Shown: positions 27,187-32,000 of the stretch, in pieces
How positions within the stretch are numbered: position 1 is the stretch's first letter
Layout: every line of letters begins with the position of its first letter
From: Kordia sp. SMS9
GTDB taxonomy: Bacteria > Bacteroidota > Bacteroidia > Flavobacteriales > Flavobacteriaceae
Direction of reading: 5' to 3'
NCBI RefSeq assembly: GCF_003352465.1
Contig: NZ_CP031153.1
Location: 2,562,987-2,594,986, forward strand
DNA: 32,000 nucleotides
The notes under the pieces: generated by a model
Database searches by the model: none
What the model was told of the DNA's origin: nothing
What the model saw: only the letters and a program-made list of their open reading frames with translations
Made by a program: the position numbers and the translations under genes

Positions 27187-27274
27187 TATCATCGGTTTCC
27201 TTTTTCAAAAGGAGGTTTCCAATTCTTTGTTTTCATAATGGTTTTGACTTCTTCGTACGATAACGGATAAAAGT
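27187..27274. repeat. 88-nt direct repeat, copy B (orphan relic of the metallophosphoesterase 3' end)
   Basis: It encodes ...FYPLSYEEVKTIMKTKNWKPPFEKGNR* with no upstream coding continuation. It lies between the lipoprotein stop (27293) and that gene's terminator. Confidence 0.95.
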
Positions 27275-27292
27275 AGGAAAAATAAACAGACG

Positions 27293-27964
27293 TTACTTTG
27301 CTTTTTCAGATTGCTGCATTTCTAGCTTTTGTTGCTGAATCATTTTGTCTCTACAAATATTATCTGCAATTGTAATTGTAAAAATGGCAACAATAACACG
27401 ATTGTTAAAATCACCAATATTTGTTGAAATTTTGCCATTCCGTCCTTCCTCATCAAAATCTTGATACAGTGTATTCACTAAAATACCTTGAACCATTCCC
27501 AAAGAGGCAATTTTATCATGAACATACTTAATTTTCGGGTTTTTGTCACCAATCAAATCCAAATAATTCATAAACTTCTTTTCAAATGCAATATTCTGAA
27601 AAGATATAGAATCGTTTATTTCGTAATTAAATCCTTTGTTTTCTTCCCAAATTTTGTCATAGATTTGCGAGTCTATATGACTGTACAATCGTTCAAGACT
27701 TTCTTTGTCAAATCCACTCATATCATATTGTAATTGATTCACATTTTGTTTGGCAAACTTGTAAAACGCCGAATCTATTTGATCGGAATTGGTTTGTTTT
27801 TTAAGACGATCTTCATAAAAAGAAACAATTGTACTGATGTTTTCAATTTCTTGGGTATTAAAAATTTGTGTCAATTCTGGAGTCGTTCGCACCTCAATTT
27901 TTCTCTCGCAAGAGAAAATAAAAAAGGAGCTTATAATTACGAATAGAATACTAACCTTTTTCAT
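27293..27964 (-). CDS. hypothetical lipoprotein
   Basis: MKKVSILFVIISSFFIFSC provides a signal peptide and lipobox cysteine. The gene is AT-rich (about 30 % GC in the stretches I counted). I recognise no other motif. Confidence 0.55.
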   Translation of the reverse strand: MKKVSILFVIISSFFIFSCERKIEVRTTPELTQIFNTQEIENISTIVSFYEDRLKKQTNSDQIDSAFYKFAKQNVNQLQYDMSGFDKESLERLYSHIDSQIYDKIWEENKGFNYEINDSISFQNIAFEKKFMNYLDLIGDKNPKIKYVHDKIASLGMVQGILVNTLYQDFDEEGRNGKISTNIGDFNNRVIVAIFTITIADNICRDKMIQQQKLEMQQSEKAK

Positions 27965-27980
27965 GATATCATTGGTTATA

Positions 27981-28904
27981 TTAAAATGTCCATGCAACAA
28001 ATCTACTCAGTTTATTTCCTTGTTCCATCGGAATGGTTTTCACGGTTTTGGCGTTTACGCGTTTGAGTGCATCGTACATAGCAGGCAAATTCGCTTCTTT
28101 AGAAACTAATGTTGTAAACCATTGGCATTGCTTTGCAAACTGTTTACTTTCTTTAATCATATTTTTTACAAACTTCTTTTCGCCGCCTTTGCACCATAAT
28201 TCATTTGGTTGTCCGCCGAAATTTAGTTCCGTTTTTACGTTTTTCTTCCCTTGTAAATTCTGCAATTTTCGTTGTGTTCCCGCAATTGCCTCTTTGGCAG
28301 ATTTGTGAAATGGCGGATTGCAAATCGTCGCTGTAATTTTTTCTTTGGGAAGAATAATTCCTTTAAAAATCTGCGTTGGATGTTGCTGTTGCTGTTGCCG
28401 AATTTCTATACGATTGTGTAACCGTTTATTTTTAGTGATAATTTTTTGAGCATTTTCAATGGCAATCTTGTCTACGTCAGAAGCGATAAATGACCAATCA
28501 TATTCGTGCGTGCCAATAATGGGATAAATGCAATTTGCGCCTGTACCAATATCTAAAATTGTAACGTTTTCACCTTTCGGAATGTTTCTTTGTTGTTCTT
28601 CCAGAAACGTCGCCAAATGATGGATATAATCGGCTCTTCCAGGAATTGGCGGACACAAATAGTTTTCGGGAATATCCCAAAAATCAATGTCATAATACTG
28701 TTGCAACAATGCTTTGTTGAGGGCTTTGACAGCATTCGGATCAAAAAAATCAATAGAAGCATCGCCAAACTTGTTTTTGTGAACAAATAGTTTAAGTTCA
28801 GGTGAAGTTTTTGTCAATACTTCAAAATCATACTGTCCACGATGTCTATTTCGCGGATGCAATTTTGATGTATTTACTTTGCGTTCTTTTTTTCTTGAAT
28901 CCAT
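27981..28904 (-). CDS. rlmF: 23S rRNA (adenine1618-N6)-methyltransferase
   Basis: LHPRNRHRGQYDF, the SAM-binding ILDIGTGANCIYP and the catalytic NPPFH motif are present. Confidence 0.9.
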   Translation of the reverse strand: MDSRKKERKVNTSKLHPRNRHRGQYDFEVLTKTSPELKLFVHKNKFGDASIDFFDPNAVKALNKALLQQYYDIDFWDIPENYLCPPIPGRADYIHHLATFLEEQQRNIPKGENVTILDIGTGANCIYPIIGTHEYDWSFIASDVDKIAIENAQKIITKNKRLHNRIEIRQQQQQHPTQIFKGIILPKEKITATICNPPFHKSAKEAIAGTQRKLQNLQGKKNVKTELNFGGQPNELWCKGGEKKFVKNMIKESKQFAKQCQWFTTLVSKEANLPAMYDALKRVNAKTVKTIPMEQGNKLSRFVAWTF

Positions 28905-30664
28905 TCATTAATTTTATCTTCCAACAATTGCAACGGAATACAACCTGTTTGCAACACTTGATTGTGAAATTCTCTAATATCAAAGCTTTCTCCTAATTCC
29001 GTTTCTGCTTTTGAGCGCAATTCCCGAATTTTCAACTGTCCAATTTTATATGACAATGCTTGCCCAGGATTTGCCATATAACGTTCAATTTCAGAAATAA
29101 TGCTGGCTTCGCTTTCGGCTTCGTTGTTCAGTGAATATTCAATAGCTTGCTCACGCGTCCAGCCTTTGGCATGCAAACCTGTGTCTACCACCAAACGAAT
29201 GGCGCGGTGCATTTCCATGCCCAACATTCCAAAATATTGATACGGATCTGTGTACAATCCTAACTCTTTTCCCAACGATTCTGTATACAATGCCCAACCT
29301 TCGCCATACGCGCTGTACCACAATGTTTTTCTAAAATCTGGTAAGTGTTGGTTTTCTTGCGTTAAGGAAATTTGATAATGATGTCCCGGAATTGCTTCAT
29401 GCAAAAACAAGGCTTCATCTGAAAATACGTTGTAACTAGCTGCATCAGGAATTGGTACATAAAAAATTCCTGGACGCGTTCCGTCAAGCGAACCTGGATT
29501 GTATTCGGCACTGGCAGAAGCTTCTCGGAAAGCTTCCGTTTGGCGGACTTCAAAAGGAGTTTTTGGTTTTACATCAAACAATTTTTCAATTTGAGGCTTC
29601 ATTTTCTCATGAATCGCGTTAAAATTGTCAATAATTTGTTGCGGTTCAGTATATGGCATTAGTTTTTTATTTTCGCGCACATTATTAAAAAACGACTTCA
29701 AATCGCCTTTAAAACCTACTTGTTTTTTTACTTTCTCCATTTCGGATAAAATTCGCGCGACTTCTTTCAAGCCTAATTCGTGAATTTCATCCGCAGTCAT
29801 ATTAGTTGTTGTATAGTTTTTGATAGAATATTCGTAATATGCTTTTCCGTAAGGTGTTCCATCAATTCCGCTGCTTTCTCTACCTGCGTTCAGATACTCA
29901 GTTTTTAAAAATTGATACATTTCGTTGAAAGACGGCACCAACGTTTCAGTTAAAAATGTAGTATACGCTTTTGTCAATGTATTTTTGTCTTCTTGTGAAA
30001 AGTTCGTTGGAAAATTTTTGATCGGTGAATAAAACAAATGATCTTCCAATTTCGTTTTTGCCAATACTTCAAACTGCGGAATTACCTTTTTTATCAACGA
30101 TTTTGGCAAGACAAATTCTTCTTCAATTCCTTCTTGCATATTCGTTTTAGCAGTGTTCAACCATTCGCTAAAACCTTCCAATCGCTTCAACCAATTATTG
30201 TAATCTTCTACCGTTTTAAAAGGTTGTGCCGATGCACCACTTGCGTATTGCCCAACGGCCAAGTTAATGGACCACATTTGATCAATTGGCATCAAGCGTT
30301 CGTTTTGAAAGCTCAATCTTCTCAAATTCATATCACAATCCCAATACAAAATAGCTTTGCTCATTTGTTCACTTTCCGTGAGATTTGTTTCGTCAAAATT
30401 CTTTAACGTATCACGAAATTTTTGGTAGTGCAATTTTACCTTATTGCGATATTCTTCGGAAATTAAATTTGCGAATTGATCATTATACGTAGCATCACCT
30501 GCTGCAGTAGCTTGCATCGGTTGCAACGCTAAACCTTGTTTGTAATAAGCATCTAATACGCCTACAAATGACAATTCACTTTTTGGAATTGGTTGCTCCG
30601 CTTTTTTGTCGCTTCCACACGAAAAACATAAAATAAAAGAAAGTATTAAAATGTATTTTTTCAT
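28874..30664 (-). CDS. DUF885 family lipoprotein
   Basis: The lipoprotein signal is MKKYILILSFILCFSCGS (start at 30664). HEAIPGHHYQ and YGEGWALYTE are typical of DUF885. Confidence 0.8.
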   Translation of the reverse strand: MKKYILILSFILCFSCGSDKKAEQPIPKSELSFVGVLDAYYKQGLALQPMQATAAGDATYNDQFANLISEEYRNKVKLHYQKFRDTLKNFDETNLTESEQMSKAILYWDCDMNLRRLSFQNERLMPIDQMWSINLAVGQYASGASAQPFKTVEDYNNWLKRLEGFSEWLNTAKTNMQEGIEEEFVLPKSLIKKVIPQFEVLAKTKLEDHLFYSPIKNFPTNFSQEDKNTLTKAYTTFLTETLVPSFNEMYQFLKTEYLNAGRESSGIDGTPYGKAYYEYSIKNYTTTNMTADEIHELGLKEVARILSEMEKVKKQVGFKGDLKSFFNNVRENKKLMPYTEPQQIIDNFNAIHEKMKPQIEKLFDVKPKTPFEVRQTEAFREASASAEYNPGSLDGTRPGIFYVPIPDAASYNVFSDEALFLHEAIPGHHYQISLTQENQHLPDFRKTLWYSAYGEGWALYTESLGKELGLYTDPYQYFGMLGMEMHRAIRLVVDTGLHAKGWTREQAIEYSLNNEAESEASIISEIERYMANPGQALSYKIGQLKIRELRSKAETELGESFDIREFHNQVLQTGCIPLQLLEDKINEWIQEKKNAK

Positions 30665-30806
30665 TGGTTGATAGGATTTGTTGAGGTTAAAAATAGTACT
30701 TTTTTGAAGCATTGAGTTACCGTTTTAACGTATTTAACACTGATATTGGGTTACATAAAATTAAGAGCGTTTATGTTAAATAGTAATTTTTAAATGATTT
30801 TATATT

Positions 30807-30972
30807 TAATACCAATTTGATTATAAAATGCGACTTTAGAGACGAAGTTGCTTTGGTATCATAGGACGCAGTGAATGCTTTGCATAGCCGTAGCTACGGA
30901 AAGTATTCGCAAAGAATTAAACTGCCAAATGAACGAGTTTATTTGTTGCATCTTATAGTAGAATTGGTATTA
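30807..30972. repeat. Inverted-repeat-bounded element of about 166 bp in the trpA/DUF885 spacer
   Basis: A perfect 11-nt inverted repeat TAATACCAATT (30807-30817) / AATTGGTATTA (30962-30972) has weaker extension on both sides. The interior contains the palindrome CCGTAGCTACGG inside CTTTGCATAG...ATTCGCAAAG. Confidence 0.55.
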
Positions 30973-31009
30973 TATACTAATGATTCGTGTATTCGTTGTA
31001 AAAAGAAAA

Positions 31010-31777
31010 CTACTTATCCAGCACCATATCTACAAAATCTTTGATAGTTTCTGTACCGTTTTTGGTGAGATGTTTAATAAATGCACTTCCAATAATCGCA
31101 CCTTTGGCTTTGTTAGTTGCTTGTGTAAAGGTTTCATGATTGGAAATTCCGAAACCAACAATCTGCGGATTTTTCAAATTCATATTTCCAATGCGATCAA
31201 AATAGGTTTCTTGTGTATTTCCGAAACTACTTTTTGCACCTGTGGTTCCTGCCGAACTTACCATATAGATAAATCCGTTAGAAATGCTATCAATAAACCG
31301 AATGCGTTCTTCAGAAGTTTGTGGCGTAATCAAAAATACATTGATCAAACCATACTTTTCAAAAGTCGCTTGGTATTGTTCGTGATACACTTGTACTGGC
31401 ATATCAGGAATAATTAAACCGTCGATGCCCACTTCTTTACATTTTGCACAAAATGCCTCCAATCCGTATTGCATCATCGGATTCAAATAGCCCATAATAA
31501 TCAGCGGAACGGAAACCGTGTCACGCACATCTGCAATTTGTTCAAATAGCAACTCACTTGTCATTCCGTTTTCCAAAGCCTGTGTAGAACTCTCTTGAAT
31601 CGTAGGTCCATCTGCCAATGGATCGCTAAACGGCAAGCCAATTTCGATCATATCGACGCCGCTTTTTTCCAAATCTTCAATCACGCCAACCGTGTCATGC
31701 AAACTTGGATATCCTGCGGTAAAATAGATGGAGAGTAACTTTTTATCTTCTTGTAATTTTTGGTTTATTCTGTTCAT
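31010..31777 (-). CDS. trpA: tryptophan synthase alpha chain
   Basis: LSIYFTAGYP, MIEIGLPFSDPLADGPTIQ and the GFGISN phosphate loop are present. Confidence 0.95.
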   Translation of the reverse strand: MNRINQKLQEDKKLLSIYFTAGYPSLHDTVGVIEDLEKSGVDMIEIGLPFSDPLADGPTIQESSTQALENGMTSELLFEQIADVRDTVSVPLIIMGYLNPMMQYGLEAFCAKCKEVGIDGLIIPDMPVQVYHEQYQATFEKYGLINVFLITPQTSEERIRFIDSISNGFIYMVSSAGTTGAKSSFGNTQETYFDRIGNMNLKNPQIVGFGISNHETFTQATNKAKGAIIGSAFIKHLTKNGTETIKDFVDMVLDK

Positions 31778-31899
31778 TCAATTTATCTTTTTGCATTCCT
31801 GCGTAGGCAGGAATCTCATTTCAATTTATCTTTTTTTATTCCTGTGAAGACAGGAATCTCACTCATGTTCTTTTTTTATTCCTGTGAAGACAGGAATCT
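31775..31899. repeat. Three tandem units (42, 43 and 40 nt), each carrying an 8-bp hairpin ATTCCTG[CT]-NNNN-[GA]CAGGAAT
   Basis: The hairpins lie at 31795-31816, 31838-31859 and 31878-31899. Units 1 and 2 both begin CAT(T)TCAATTTATCTTTTT, which is the reverse complement of the trpA ATG and its upstream context. Confidence 0.9.
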
Positions 31900-32000
31900 T
31901 ACACATACTCTGAAAGGTCTTTCCAATCGGGATTTAATCCATTAATTAAATTATTTTTCCACTCACGCTTCCATTTCTTTATTTGTCGTTCTCTTTGAAT
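31899..32000 (-). CDS. GIY-YIG (UPF0213/URI-domain) small nuclease-like protein, C-terminal 33 codons (remainder outside the window)
   Basis: The minus-strand frame from 32000 reads IQRERQIKKWKREWKNNLINGLNPDWKDLSEYV*. The REKQIKKW-type tail is characteristic of small GIY-YIG proteins. Only a fragment is visible. Confidence 0.55.
   Translation of the reverse strand: MQRERQIKKWKREWKNNLINGLNPDWKDLSEYV

Noticed and set aside
30980-31417. 145-aa plus-strand ORF antisense to trpA, and the 122-aa ORF at 30038-30406 antisense to the DUF885 gene
   Set aside because: These are shadow ORFs opposite genes with unambiguous family motifs.
31775-31899. Reading the three hairpins as intrinsic terminators or as a trp leader-peptide attenuator
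   Set aside because: On the sense (minus) strand each hairpin is followed by an A-run rather than a U-run, and on the plus strand no T-run follows. The mini-ORFs in the array contain no Trp codons, so classic trp attenuation is not supported.
31760-31945. 61-aa plus-strand ORF across the hairpin array
   Set aside because: It is generated by the tandem repeats themselves (its translation repeats FLRRQES / IPVKTGIS / SCEDRNL) and overlaps both the trpA start and the end of the GIY-YIG gene.

Overview
This window looks like low-GC Bacteroidota chromosomal backbone, most likely Flavobacteriaceae. That guess rests on gene content, synteny, TAnnTTTG-type promoter motifs and lipoprotein signal peptides. 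I call about 33 protein-coding genes, and most are housekeeping: the valS 3' end; an ftsH-rsfS cluster followed by a LUD-cdsA-psd-ACBP phospholipid cluster; birA, pyrE, a NUDIX hydrolase, an M14 carboxypeptidase and a SulP/STAS permease; two tandem TPR hybrid sensor kinases; coaD, ddl, a PASTA protein, rluD, yaaA, rlmF, a DUF885 protein and trpA. I saw no tRNA, rRNA, CRISPR array, transposase, integrase or recognisable defence gene. No recognisable multi-gene novel system is supported by what I can read, so the less ordinary signals below are leads, not discoveries. (1) A gene-free gap of about 1.05 kb (816-1871) is filled with nested, hairpin-forming dispersed repeats, and copies recur after other genes at about 7.48 kb and 17.4-17.5 kb. 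(2) An AT-rich pair of orphan genes (21.0-22.2 kb) is bracketed by short direct repeats. (3) A decaying locus at 25.3-28.0 kb holds a metallophosphoesterase gene with an in-frame TAG, and an 88-nt near-perfect copy of that gene's 3' end lies 1285 nt away. (4) A three-unit tandem hairpin array duplicates the trpA start region and abuts the 3' end of a small GIY-YIG gene, apparently sitting inside the trp operon. All protein identifications come from reading motifs by eye; no database search was run.
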